Origin: a phage
Direction: 5' to 3' (one strand)
Sequence record: PZ445554.1
Length of the DNA stretch: 64,000 bases
The notes under the pieces were generated by a model. It was not told the DNA's origin. It saw only the letters and a list, made by a program, of their open reading frames with translations, and did not search any database. Numbering within the stretch: the stretch's first letter is position 1; every line of letters starts with the position of its first letter. Of the stretch, positions 21,117 through 30,492 are shown piece after piece. A program made the translations under genes and the position numbers.

Positions 21117-22211
21117 ATGGCAATTGTTAAAGAAATAACTGCTGATTTAATTAAAAAGTCCGGTGAAACAATTTCAGCCGGACAGAGTACTAAATCAGAA
21201 GTAGGAACTAAAACATACACAGCCCAGTTTCCAACTGGGCGTGCTAGTGGTAATGACACTACAGGGGACTTCCAGGTAACAGATCTATATAAGAATGGAT
21301 TATTATTTACTGCATACAATATGTCATCTAGGGATTCTGGAAGTCTTAGAACGATGAGATCTAACTACTCTTCTTCATCTTCGAGTATTTTACGTACAGC
21401 CAGAAACACTATCAGTAATACAGTATCAAAACTATCAAATGGACTAATATCAGATAATAATTCAGGAACAATAAGTAAAGTTCCTGTTGCAAATATTCTT
21501 TTACCTAGATCTAAATCTGACGTCGATACGTCATCACATAGATTTAATGATGTTCAAGATAGTCTTATTACAAAAGGTGGAGGTACTGCTACTGGTGTGC
21601 TAAGCAATATGGCTTCAACCGCAGTATTTGGAGCGCTGGAAAGTATAACACAAGGTATAATGGCTGATAATAATGAACAGATTTATACGACAGCCAGAAG
21701 CATGTACGGCGGTGCTGAAAATAGAACTAAAGTGTTCACTTGGGATTTGACTCCGCGCTCAACAGAAGATTTAATGGCTATTATTAATATCTATCAGTAT
21801 TTTAACTATTTTTCTTACGGTGAAACTGGTAAATCTCAATATGCTGCTGAAATAAAAGGATATTTAGATGAGTGGTACCGTTCTACTTTTATTGAGCCGT
21901 TAACTCCAGAAGATGCAGTTAAAAATAAGACGTTATTTGAGAAAATGACATCGAGTTTAACTAACGTTCTTGTAGTTTCAAACCCGACAATTTGGATGGT
22001 GAAAAACTTTGGTGCAACATCTAAGTTTGATGGAAAAACGGAAATATTCGGTCCATGTCAAATCCAGAGTATCAGATTTGATAAAACACCTAATGGTAAC
22101 TTTAACGGATTAGCTATTGCTCCAAATCTCCCTAGTACATTTACTCTCGAGATTACTATGAGAGAAATTATCACGTTAAACCGTGCTTCTTTATATGCGG
22201 GGACTTTTTAA
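21117..22211 (+). CDS. 48: baseplate tail tube cap gp48
   Basis: 364-aa ORF; synteny. Confidence 0.9.
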   Translation: MAIVKEITADLIKKSGETISAGQSTKSEVGTKTYTAQFPTGRASGNDTTGDFQVTDLYKNGLLFTAYNMSSRDSGSLRTMRSNYSSSSSSILRTARNTISNTVSKLSNGLISDNNSGTISKVPVANILLPRSKSDVDTSSHRFNDVQDSLITKGGGTATGVLSNMASTAVFGALESITQGIMADNNEQIYTTARSMYGGAENRTKVFTWDLTPRSTEDLMAIINIYQYFNYFSYGETGKSQYAAEIKGYLDEWYRSTFIEPLTPEDAVKNKTLFEKMTSSLTNVLVVSNPTIWMVKNFGATSKFDGKTEIFGPCQIQSIRFDKTPNGNFNGLAIAPNLPSTFTLEITMREIITLNRASLYAGTF

Positions 22212-23176
22212 TGTATTCTTTAGAGGAATTTAATAATCAAGCAATAAACGCAGATTTCCAACGTAATAATATGTTCAGCTGTGTTTTTGCTACAACTCCA
22301 TCAACTAAAAGCTCTTCGTTGATAAGTTCAATTAGCAACTTTTCTTATAATAACTTGGGCCTAAATTCAGATTGGTTAGGATTAACTCAAGGCGATATTA
22401 ATCAGGGAATTACTACGCTAATTACAGCTGGCACACAAAAACTGATAAGAAAATCAGGGGTTAGTAAATATCTTATTGGTGCCATGAGTCAACGTACAGT
22501 TCAAAGTTTATTAGGCTCATTTACAGTTGGTACATATTTAATTGACTTCTTTAACGTGGCATATAACTCATCTGGATTGATGATATACTCTGTAAAAATG
22601 CCAGAGAATAGATTATCCTATGAAACTGACTGGAACTATAATTCTCCTAATATTCGTATAACTGGGAGAGAATTAGACCCTTTGGTTATTTCATTCAGAA
22701 TGGATTCAGAAGCTTGTAACTATCGTGCAATGCAAGACTGGGTTAACGCTGTTCAAGACCCAGTAACTGGATTGCGTGCTTTGCCGCAAGATGTCGAGGC
22801 AGATATTCAGGTTAATCTTCATTCTCGCAATGGATTACCACATACTGCGGTGATGTTCACTGGATGCATTCCAGTGTCCGTAAGCGCTCCTGAGTTATCA
22901 TATGATGGAGATAACCAAATAACTACATTTGATGTTACTTTTGCGTATAGAGTGATGCAGGCTGGAGCAGTTGATAGACAAGCTGCCCTTGAATGGCTTG
23001 AATCTGCTACTATAAATGGTATTCAAAGCGTTCTCGGAAATAGTGGAGGTGTTACTGGACTATCTAATTCGCTTTCACGACTTAGTAGATTAGGGGGAAC
23101 TGCAGGAAGCATTTCAAATATTAATACTATGACAGGAATTGTCAATTCGCAAAGTAAAATATTAGGAGCAATATAA
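22211..23176 (+). CDS. 54: baseplate tail tube initiator gp54
   Basis: 321-aa ORF; synteny; bidirectional terminator follows. Confidence 0.9.
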   Translation: MYSLEEFNNQAINADFQRNNMFSCVFATTPSTKSSSLISSISNFSYNNLGLNSDWLGLTQGDINQGITTLITAGTQKLIRKSGVSKYLIGAMSQRTVQSLLGSFTVGTYLIDFFNVAYNSSGLMIYSVKMPENRLSYETDWNYNSPNIRITGRELDPLVISFRMDSEACNYRAMQDWVNAVQDPVTGLRALPQDVEADIQVNLHSRNGLPHTAVMFTGCIPVSVSAPELSYDGDNQITTFDVTFAYRVMQAGAVDRQAALEWLESATINGIQSVLGNSGGVTGLSNSLSRLSRLGGTAGSISNINTMTGIVNSQSKILGAI

Positions 23177-23179
23177 CAA

Positions 23180-23199
23180 TGGGGACCGAAAGGTCCCCA
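23180..23199. terminator. bidirectional terminator between gene 54 and alt.-3
   Basis: UGGGGACC-GAAA-GGUCCCCA hairpin followed by U-rich tract. Confidence 0.8.
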
Positions 23200-23204
23200 T
23201 ATTT

Positions 23205-23495
23205 TTATTTACGGAATGAAATAAAAGCAGCAACTGAAGCAACAGAGGTTTCTTCAATATAAACCTCAATTTTTACCGGAGCTTCTGACTCAAATTTACC
23301 TGTTACTACACCTTGGAAAATACTTTCAGTCTGTTCTGGCTTTGAAAAATTTTCAGAAGGAAAAATTCCGAACTTTTTATCTGTTCCAAAAATTTTGATA
23401 AATTCATCGTAAACTGCTTCATTAAAAGCATTATCAGCAGGAATAACGCCTTCAACTACAAGTTCTTGACCTAAAAAGCGCAAAGAAGATTTCAT
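23205..23495 (-). CDS. hypothetical protein (alt.-3 position)
   Basis: 96-aa ORF; GAGGAA SD; own early promoter. Confidence 0.75.
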   Translation of the reverse strand: MKSSLRFLGQELVVEGVIPADNAFNEAVYDEFIKIFGTDKKFGIFPSENFSKPEQTESIFQGVVTGKFESEAPVKIEVYIEETSVASVAAFISFRK

Positions 23496-23526
23496 TTTGT
23501 GTTCCTCATGTTATGTCAGTAAGATT

Positions 23527-23556
23527 ACTATAACACAACACGAGTGACTTGTAAAC
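23527..23556 (-). promoter_or_regulatory. early promoter (alt.-3)
   Basis: minus strand GTTTACAAGTCACTCGTGTTGTGTTATAGT: -35 TTTACA, 17-bp spacer, TGn-extended -10 TATAGT. Confidence 0.7.
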
Positions 23557-25613
23557 TACATCTTGAACTTTTTAGACATTCCGTTGATGTTAACCAAAGA
23601 AGCTAAGATTTGAGAAACTTCGTTTTCCTCTTCTTTTGATTCTTCTACAAGGAATTGATTAAATCCAGCCATTGGACGAACTTCACCAGTTTCCATCAAA
23701 TGATCGCCATCATATACTGATTCTTCTAATTGCTCAGAAGGAGGAACGATTGTACCTTCGATTAGATACTTGTTATAAGCAGTTTCTTTCATAAAGTAAG
23801 TACTTACTTTATTAATCTTCAGTAAAATTCCACGTGGTAGAATAACTTCAGCTTCTGATGGAAATCCTGATAAATGACCCGGAACGATAACTTTGATTCG
23901 CTCAGCTCCTTTAATTACCATACCCACGCTAGTTTCTGCATCTTCATTAGCATATGTAGAATGACTACCCATATGCATCAAATCTTCTGCATCAACGGAA
24001 CCTTCTCCTTCACCAGAAAATACTGCGCCGGAATCATCTAGAGCCATATAGTTTTTACCATGCTCACCGAAGATATTTGGTTTAAGCGATGTGGATACGA
24101 AGTTCTTGAAATAGAACATTTTGTTTTCAATGTTATGACGCAAAGTTTTAAATGTAACTTCTTGTCCACGGTAAAGTGTAGTTCCTGGAGGAAGAACTGA
24201 ACCTTTAGCGAATGCAGAATCAAGCGTCTCGATGTGCTTAATAGCACGTTCCATATATTCTTCACGAGTAGAATCAGGTTTACCTAAAAGGAACGAGTTC
24301 ATTTCAACATATGAATCTGCGCAATAATCTTCAATTACATCAGATTCAGCCTGAGTCAGTCCTTTTGGAGTTACTTCGGTGCTTGCGTATTCATATGCCT
24401 GAGCGGCAGATTCATTAATCAATTTATAAATGCCATTCATGACAAATTGAATAATAGCTGTCTTTTCATCTGGCGTAGCTTTAGAACCTTTAACTAAATC
24501 ATTAATAATTTTCTTAATAACATCAAAGCTATTAGAAATATTAATGTCAGCAAGATCGCTTAAAATTTTATCAGTTTTATAATCAAAGAATTCTTTATTC
24601 TTTAAATATTCTTGAGAACCTTGATATGTTATATCGCTCTGCAACTTGATAGATGGATCACGTAAACGCGCATGGGCTAATGCAATATGATTTCGGAAGT
24701 TTTCTAGTTCATAATCGCTAGATTTAAAACGAGAAGCACTTCTCATACCACCGATAGCTCCTTTGCTAAAGTTTGAACCAATCTGAATAACGCCAGAGTT
24801 CATCGGACCTTCTGCTTTATATACCGGAACTTTAGATTCAAACTCTTGATATTTCTTAGCAGCGAAGCTATCACCCTGAAGTGAAGCATCGACAGTAGAG
24901 TATTGAGCTTGTGCTGCTAATCGACGACTAATTTTAGTTTTCTGAATAACAGCTTGATCCGTGCGCTTATCATTTTCTAAGGCAATAGAAGCAGCAACAG
25001 CAACAGCTTTAGGAACAGCATTACCTGTTTTAACGTCTACATAAACATCACCAATCTTTGATTCAACTTTTGTGAATAACTCAGTTGAAATAGGAGGTAC
25101 ACCTGGAATGTCTTCTAATTTGGCATTTTTACGGTAAACCATAATATATGCGTACTTTTTATCATAATCCCAGATTTCCTTTAAAAGAACATATCGACCT
25201 GCTCCTTTAGTACGTACTAAACGGTCAGCAATAACTTGCATTTGACGAGCAGCGCCATTTGTTTTACTTTTTAGTACGCGGAATAGGCATGCGTCGATTT
25301 TATACTGTTTCATTGTTTGAAGAGCAGTATCAAAAACAGCATTAATGACGCCAATTGGATTTCCACCCAAGTTTCTAAGCTTGACTAACGATAATTTCTC
25401 GTTGACACCTATCATTACGATATGCATCATTTTATCGCCTGGCTTAACGTTTTTATTCGTATCACCGCCAGAGGTGTATGTACAAAATCTAAATCCAGGA
25501 AGCACGCTTTCTTCACCGGCTTGAATAGCAAAAATTTGTGGTATTTTATGCTTAGGATTTAAGTTAACAACCGGCGCCGAAGCGCCGTCAAATAATTCTG
25601 TAATAAGTTCCAT
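23556..25613 (-). CDS. Alt-like ADP-ribosyltransferase paralog
   Basis: 685-aa ORF, 3 nt downstream of alt; shares N-terminal block (MELITELFD, CTYTSGGDTN, KYAY) and ART core motifs (TLYRGQ, NFVSTSL, EAEVILPRG) with alt; AAGGA SD. Confidence 0.85.
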   Translation of the reverse strand: MELITELFDGASAPVVNLNPKHKIPQIFAIQAGEESVLPGFRFCTYTSGGDTNKNVKPGDKMMHIVMIGVNEKLSLVKLRNLGGNPIGVINAVFDTALQTMKQYKIDACLFRVLKSKTNGAARQMQVIADRLVRTKGAGRYVLLKEIWDYDKKYAYIMVYRKNAKLEDIPGVPPISTELFTKVESKIGDVYVDVKTGNAVPKAVAVAASIALENDKRTDQAVIQKTKISRRLAAQAQYSTVDASLQGDSFAAKKYQEFESKVPVYKAEGPMNSGVIQIGSNFSKGAIGGMRSASRFKSSDYELENFRNHIALAHARLRDPSIKLQSDITYQGSQEYLKNKEFFDYKTDKILSDLADINISNSFDVIKKIINDLVKGSKATPDEKTAIIQFVMNGIYKLINESAAQAYEYASTEVTPKGLTQAESDVIEDYCADSYVEMNSFLLGKPDSTREEYMERAIKHIETLDSAFAKGSVLPPGTTLYRGQEVTFKTLRHNIENKMFYFKNFVSTSLKPNIFGEHGKNYMALDDSGAVFSGEGEGSVDAEDLMHMGSHSTYANEDAETSVGMVIKGAERIKVIVPGHLSGFPSEAEVILPRGILLKINKVSTYFMKETAYNKYLIEGTIVPPSEQLEESVYDGDHLMETGEVRPMAGFNQFLVEESKEEENEVSQILASLVNINGMSKKFKM

Positions 25614-25616
25614 GAT

Positions 25617-27674
25617 TTATCCTTGAACGAACTTGTAAGGCATGTTTGCAATATCTATGCAAGACGCAATAATTCCAAGAGATGATTCTACTTTCTGTTT
25701 AACATTTGATGAAACAAATGATGCAAAGTCAACTCTGTCTTCTATTTCAATATCACCTGTCATTGTAACCAATTCACCAGTTTCCATTAAATGGTCACCG
25801 TCATAAATTACCGATTCGGTGAGTTCTTCTGTGGTCATAACTTCAGCTTGAATAAGCTTGTTGTTAGTTTTAACTGTTCCATCATTGTAAGATGCATCGG
25901 TTATTTTATTAACTTTGACCATTAATCCACGTGGCAAAATGACTTCCATTTCATTTGAAGGCGCTAAACTTCCACCGGGTAAAACAACATTGACCTTATC
26001 AGCCCCAGTAATAACCCATCCAATTCCAACTAAATTATCGCTAGAATTTACTAGTCCTTCATCAGTTTTATCAATAGAAACGCTTAGACGCTTTTCGTCT
26101 GGTAAAACACCTATAGATGAATCAGTCATCCAAGTACCAAAAATATTTGGATATAATGATGTTGACACAAAGTTTCTAAAATAAAAAACTCGATTTTTTA
26201 CCATTGCTTCGTATATTGAAGGTAACATTCGTTGTGAACGATACAAAGTAATACCTTTTGGTAATCGTTCACCATTTTTAAAGGCTGAATCTAAATTATC
26301 AATAGCTTTTTCTATGTCAGATGCTGTCAAAATACTTGTACGCTCATCTGGATTATATAATCCCAAAAGAGCATTATTTATGTCTACATATCCTGAACCT
26401 ACGTATTCACGAATTCCGCGTTTTTGTGCTGGTGTGTATTTAGATGAATCTTTATTTTCGACTATAGGATGTAATGACCATCCAGCGGTAAGAGCATATC
26501 CACGTAATTCTCTTCGAATAATCTTTGTTTTTATTGCATTCCAAGAATTTTGTACTAACTCATTTGCAGCATCTTGGTTTAAATGCGAATGTTTGTTAAT
26601 ATTTCTTTCAAACCAAGCACCTTTATATTTTTCTAAAGTATCATCGACGATAGAAGCAATAGTTTCTAAGGTTTTTATTGAAGTAATAGATTCTTTTCGT
26701 AATTTTTCTAAAGCTTTATTTTTTATTTCTGCATTAATAATGAATTCTTTATCTTCAGGAATTATAGAAGCTTCTCTGAATGCCATCCCAGCTGTAACAC
26801 TGCTAAGAGCATTCTCTAGTGCAAATCCTGAAGTAGAAATTACCGTTAATTCATTAGAATCAGAAATTAAAGGAGCGTCCGCTGGTTTATTTAATTCTGC
26901 CGCTGAAGCCTCAAATTTTTGAAACATCGGTGTTTCAAATCTAGAAGATTCCAATGATTGACTTTGCGCAATTGCTCTACGTGAAATTTTAACTTTAACG
27001 ATTACAGCTTGATCAGAACGTTTATCATTTTCTTGCGCAATAGATGCTGCAATTGCCTCATTTTTAGTTACTTGGGCTCCAGTATCTTTATTGATATAAA
27101 CATCACCGACCTTCGATTCAACTTTAGTAAAGAGCTCAGTACTAATTTCCGGAACTCCCGGAATGTCTTCTAGTGATACATTTTTGCGATGTATAAGAAT
27201 ATATGCATACTTTTTATCGTAATCCCATAGTTCCTTAAGAAGGACGTATCTGCCACCTGAACGACTACGGATAAGTCTATCAGCAATAACTTGAATTTGT
27301 CGAGCTTGACCAGCGGTTTTAGACTTAAGAATACGAAGCATACAGGCATCAATTTTATACTGACGCATTGTTTGCATCGCAACAGTAAAAACTGAATTGA
27401 TATAATTAATTGGGCTTGGACCAAGACCTTTTAATTTAGCAATTGAACCTTTAGCAGTTAATGTAAAAGGAACAATATGCATCATTTTATCGCCCATCTT
27501 TAAATCACGATTAGTATCACCTCCAGATGTATAGGTACATAAACGAAAGCCTGGTTGTTCAATTGCATCATCAACATGAACTGAAAAAATTTGTGGTATT
27601 TTCTTCTTTGGATTTAAGTTTGTAATCGGAAGAGTAGTATCTTCGTCAAATAATTCTGTAATGAGTTCCATCAT
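25617..27674 (-). CDS. alt: Alt ADP-ribosyltransferase (head-packaged)
   Basis: 685-aa ORF with R / S-T-S / E-x-E ART motifs (TLYRSQ, NFVSTSL, EMEVILPRG); minus-strand late promoter upstream; true start may be the second ATG (27671). Confidence 0.92.
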   Translation of the reverse strand: MMELITELFDEDTTLPITNLNPKKKIPQIFSVHVDDAIEQPGFRLCTYTSGGDTNRDLKMGDKMMHIVPFTLTAKGSIAKLKGLGPSPINYINSVFTVAMQTMRQYKIDACMLRILKSKTAGQARQIQVIADRLIRSRSGGRYVLLKELWDYDKKYAYILIHRKNVSLEDIPGVPEISTELFTKVESKVGDVYINKDTGAQVTKNEAIAASIAQENDKRSDQAVIVKVKISRRAIAQSQSLESSRFETPMFQKFEASAAELNKPADAPLISDSNELTVISTSGFALENALSSVTAGMAFREASIIPEDKEFIINAEIKNKALEKLRKESITSIKTLETIASIVDDTLEKYKGAWFERNINKHSHLNQDAANELVQNSWNAIKTKIIRRELRGYALTAGWSLHPIVENKDSSKYTPAQKRGIREYVGSGYVDINNALLGLYNPDERTSILTASDIEKAIDNLDSAFKNGERLPKGITLYRSQRMLPSIYEAMVKNRVFYFRNFVSTSLYPNIFGTWMTDSSIGVLPDEKRLSVSIDKTDEGLVNSSDNLVGIGWVITGADKVNVVLPGGSLAPSNEMEVILPRGLMVKVNKITDASYNDGTVKTNNKLIQAEVMTTEELTESVIYDGDHLMETGELVTMTGDIEIEDRVDFASFVSSNVKQKVESSLGIIASCIDIANMPYKFVQG

Positions 27675-27694
27675 ATCCTCTCTAGTGTTTATTC

Positions 27695-27702
27695 TATTTA
27701 TA
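27695..27702 (-). promoter_or_regulatory. late promoter TATAAATA (alt)
   Basis: minus-strand TATAAATA ~20 nt upstream of alt ATG. Confidence 0.7.
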
Positions 27703-27707
27703 AAATT

Positions 27708-27725
27708 AAAGGCCCGAAGGCCTTT
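27708..27725 (-). terminator. stem-loop upstream of alt late promoter
   Basis: AAAGGCC-CGAA-GGCCUUU hairpin. Confidence 0.55.
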
Positions 27726-27912
27726 AATAATCTATAGGTAAGAGAGTACGATATATTTCAAACTTTGGACCTTTTTCATAAGCATCAAAAGTTTCTGTGA
27801 ATTTATTATAAGCATATGCATCGATAAATTCAATCATGATTTGTGATACAGAAGTAGAAACATCTCCACCTTCTTTTTGAGCCACGACAATTGTTTCTAA
27901 GTAAGCTTTCAT
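27724..27912 (-). CDS. hypothetical small protein between gene 30 and alt
   Basis: 62-aa ORF, ATG start overlapping gene 30 stop (ATGA). Confidence 0.6.
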   Translation of the reverse strand: MKAYLETIVVAQKEGGDVSTSVSQIMIEFIDAYAYNKFTETFDAYEKGPKFEIYRTLLPIDY

Positions 27913-29372
27913 AGACCAGTTACCTCATGAAAATCACCAAATACATCCTCGAATGTATTAGCTTTAGTTTTATCTTCACGTAAACGAATCGCAATCGGAA
28001 GAAATAATTTAACATAATCAGTGCGGCCATCAGATTTTAACCAACCGTTGCATTCGCACTCTAGAATTTTTCCAATATAATAATTTTGGTTTTCCATAAT
28101 GCGAGTACGGTCAAGTTCATGCGATTTTACACCGGCTTTATCTTTTAAGCCTGAACCAGCATTTACTTTAATTTTTCCACACTCTGACTCAAGAATAAAT
28201 CCACCTGCTTTAGTAGGGTCTTTACGGTGAGGATAAATTCCTACAATTTTTAAATCAACATCAATTACTTCTTTAAATTTATAGAGATTTTTTGAACGAG
28301 CATTTTCCCATAATCCATCGATATTTTTGAGAATAATACCTTCAAGACCTTGGTCAATATACTTTTTATAAATTACCTTAGCTTCATCTAGGTTATTTAC
28401 TACCTGGTTTTCAATTAAAATTACTTTATCATATCCAGATGTCATTTGTTCTAGTTTAGAAAAACGTACATCATACTTCAAACGAAATGCAGGAAGACCG
28501 TATATTTCTACCAACGGGACATAATCCCAGACCTGAAACTTCATGCATTGTGCTTCTTTTTCAGAAATGGTTCCCTTTAAAGATTTATTGGCGATTCCAT
28601 TAGAAGCAGTACGTGATTCAGCTACTTCGGCGAATTCTTTAGCTTTACTAATTTCAGGATAAGCATCAAAAAGAAAATCTAGGCCTTCTGGCTCCTTTTT
28701 AACTTGCTCATGGTATACCAATTCGCCATCAATTAACACACCTTCTGGATGAATCTGGCGGGCTTCAGCGGTCATTTTGATTAACTCTTCCTTAAGAAGA
28801 TCTAATCCTAGATATTCATTACCGGCTCGTGATAAAAGACGAACATCATCTAATTCATCACCTCTGACTTCAGCAAAGCACCGAGCTCCATCAGCCTTTA
28901 ACTGTGCAAAAGCTGGAAATTTGATATTCTTATTAATGCCTTTTTCATCATAAGAACTTGCCAGCATTTGAGGTTGTTCAGGAATTAAACCTGGCCAAAC
29001 TTTATTTGCAATAGATACTGATGCACCGCATTCAAGGTCTCGCATCATCACCCGACGCAAAACTTCAACATCATCTTTTTTACCGTCAGTAATATATCCA
29101 GTTAATTCCTCAATTGCCGCATTTCCAGTCAATTTCCGAGTAGCTAACGTGAATTCAATGAAGTCAAGCATATCGGTAAGAGTCAACATTCCAAAACTCT
29201 GGGTAGCAATACCAGGTTTAGGCCATTTCTTGATATAATACTGTAACCCACGAGAATAAGTCAGACGATATACCCGTTTAAGCAATTCATTATCTTTATT
29301 CTTTTCAAGAATTGCTTGCTTTTGTTTAGTTGAACCAATAGATGCTATTTCATTCAGAATTTTAAGAATCAT
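27909..29372 (-). CDS. 30: ATP-dependent DNA ligase gp30
   Basis: 487-aa ORF with adenylation motif KADGAR; N-terminus MILKILNEIASIGSTKQK recognised as T4 DNA ligase. Confidence 0.97.
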   Translation of the reverse strand: MILKILNEIASIGSTKQKQAILEKNKDNELLKRVYRLTYSRGLQYYIKKWPKPGIATQSFGMLTLTDMLDFIEFTLATRKLTGNAAIEELTGYITDGKKDDVEVLRRVMMRDLECGASVSIANKVWPGLIPEQPQMLASSYDEKGINKNIKFPAFAQLKADGARCFAEVRGDELDDVRLLSRAGNEYLGLDLLKEELIKMTAEARQIHPEGVLIDGELVYHEQVKKEPEGLDFLFDAYPEISKAKEFAEVAESRTASNGIANKSLKGTISEKEAQCMKFQVWDYVPLVEIYGLPAFRLKYDVRFSKLEQMTSGYDKVILIENQVVNNLDEAKVIYKKYIDQGLEGIILKNIDGLWENARSKNLYKFKEVIDVDLKIVGIYPHRKDPTKAGGFILESECGKIKVNAGSGLKDKAGVKSHELDRTRIMENQNYYIGKILECECNGWLKSDGRTDYVKLFLPIAIRLREDKTKANTFEDVFGDFHEVTGL

Positions 29373-29638
29373 TGTTCATCCTTCAGAGTTTGATTTACAG
29401 CTCTATTATAAATCAATTCATCATTAAGCTCAGTCAAAGACCTATGATATGTGGTTCTAACTTTATTTCCTTGCATCCAGTGCTTGACGTAAATGAAACC
29501 TTGCTCTACACATTTTTTAAAAATTCGTTCGTCTTTTTGAGCTCGGAATTCTGGATTGCATCTAAAAAATTGATTTACGTGACCGTAATCACGCGTAGTA
29601 TTACCTTCATTTTCATAAATAGTGTGAACAACAAACAT
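29369..29638 (-). CDS. hypothetical protein (30.1 position)
   Basis: 89-aa ORF, ATGA coupling. Confidence 0.7.
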   Translation of the reverse strand: MFVVHTIYENEGNTTRDYGHVNQFFRCNPEFRAQKDERIFKKCVEQGFIYVKHWMQGNKVRTTYHRSLTELNDELIYNRAVNQTLKDEQ

Positions 29639-30492
29639 TAGAATGCTCCTTGAAAAATATTATCACCACTACCACTAGTAAGTCTATTAAAATACCCTGC
29701 ATCGCCAGGCTTAATATAACTCCACGTATGGAATGGATGCATCTGGTGTGAGTGTGTATAATATGGATGATATGGATTATAAGGATTAAATCCAGGAGTT
29801 CTCCAGGTAGTGTTCCAGCGAAAAGAATCGTTTTTAATCATCTTCTCAATTACATCTTTTATAGCTTTTTCACTATCAAAACTTTCTTTATTTTCCTTCA
29901 ATGGAAAAAGCTTATTCTCTACATCATTCCATGTATAAACTCGCTGGGCAGTTTTTGGAATACTGTCACGCTCCCCTCGAGCCATCCAATAAACAGGCAC
30001 ATTTAATATTTCACTTGCGTGATCGCAATGGTGAGCGAGATCGTCAATATAACAAATTACGTTATATTTCTCTTTTGCCTTTTTGAACAACTCTTCTTTT
30101 GAAGAATCATGACTACACATCAGTACTTCTGAGAAGGCACCAGGAAAAAGAGCATTCAAATTAAATTGACGATTCAACAGAGCGTCAATAGAATCACCCA
30201 GTGCTGTAACAGCTACAAAATTATAATCTTCTTTTAATTTGTTAATTACACACAGAGCATCTTTATATGGAGACAAGTAACGAATAAAATCCGAACGATT
30301 GTATTTTTCAATTAACTTGACGCCAAGTTCTTCATCACAATTAAAAAGTTTACCTGGAGAAATAAATTTCTCATCTTGGATCATTTTTAAAATATGTTCC
30401 AACGGAAGGTTATATTTCTGGGCAAAATAAGGAAGGCCTGATTGCCAGCTTAAACATACTCCATCAATATCAGTTAAAATAGTAGGCTTCAT
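29638..30492 (-). CDS. HAD-superfamily hydrolase-like protein (30.2 position)
   Basis: 284-aa ORF; N-terminal DIDGV (HAD motif I), K...YIDD (motifs III/IV); aromatic/His/Pro-rich C-terminal tail. Confidence 0.7.
   Translation of the reverse strand: MKPTILTDIDGVCLSWQSGLPYFAQKYNLPLEHILKMIQDEKFISPGKLFNCDEELGVKLIEKYNRSDFIRYLSPYKDALCVINKLKEDYNFVAVTALGDSIDALLNRQFNLNALFPGAFSEVLMCSHDSSKEELFKKAKEKYNVICYIDDLAHHCDHASEILNVPVYWMARGERDSIPKTAQRVYTWNDVENKLFPLKENKESFDSEKAIKDVIEKMIKNDSFRWNTTWRTPGFNPYNPYHPYYTHSHQMHPFHTWSYIKPGDAGYFNRLTSGSGDNIFQGAF

Noticed and set aside
26314-26922. 202-aa plus-strand ORF inside alt
   Set aside because: Antisense to alt; no start-site support; typical long antisense ORF in AT-rich phage DNA.
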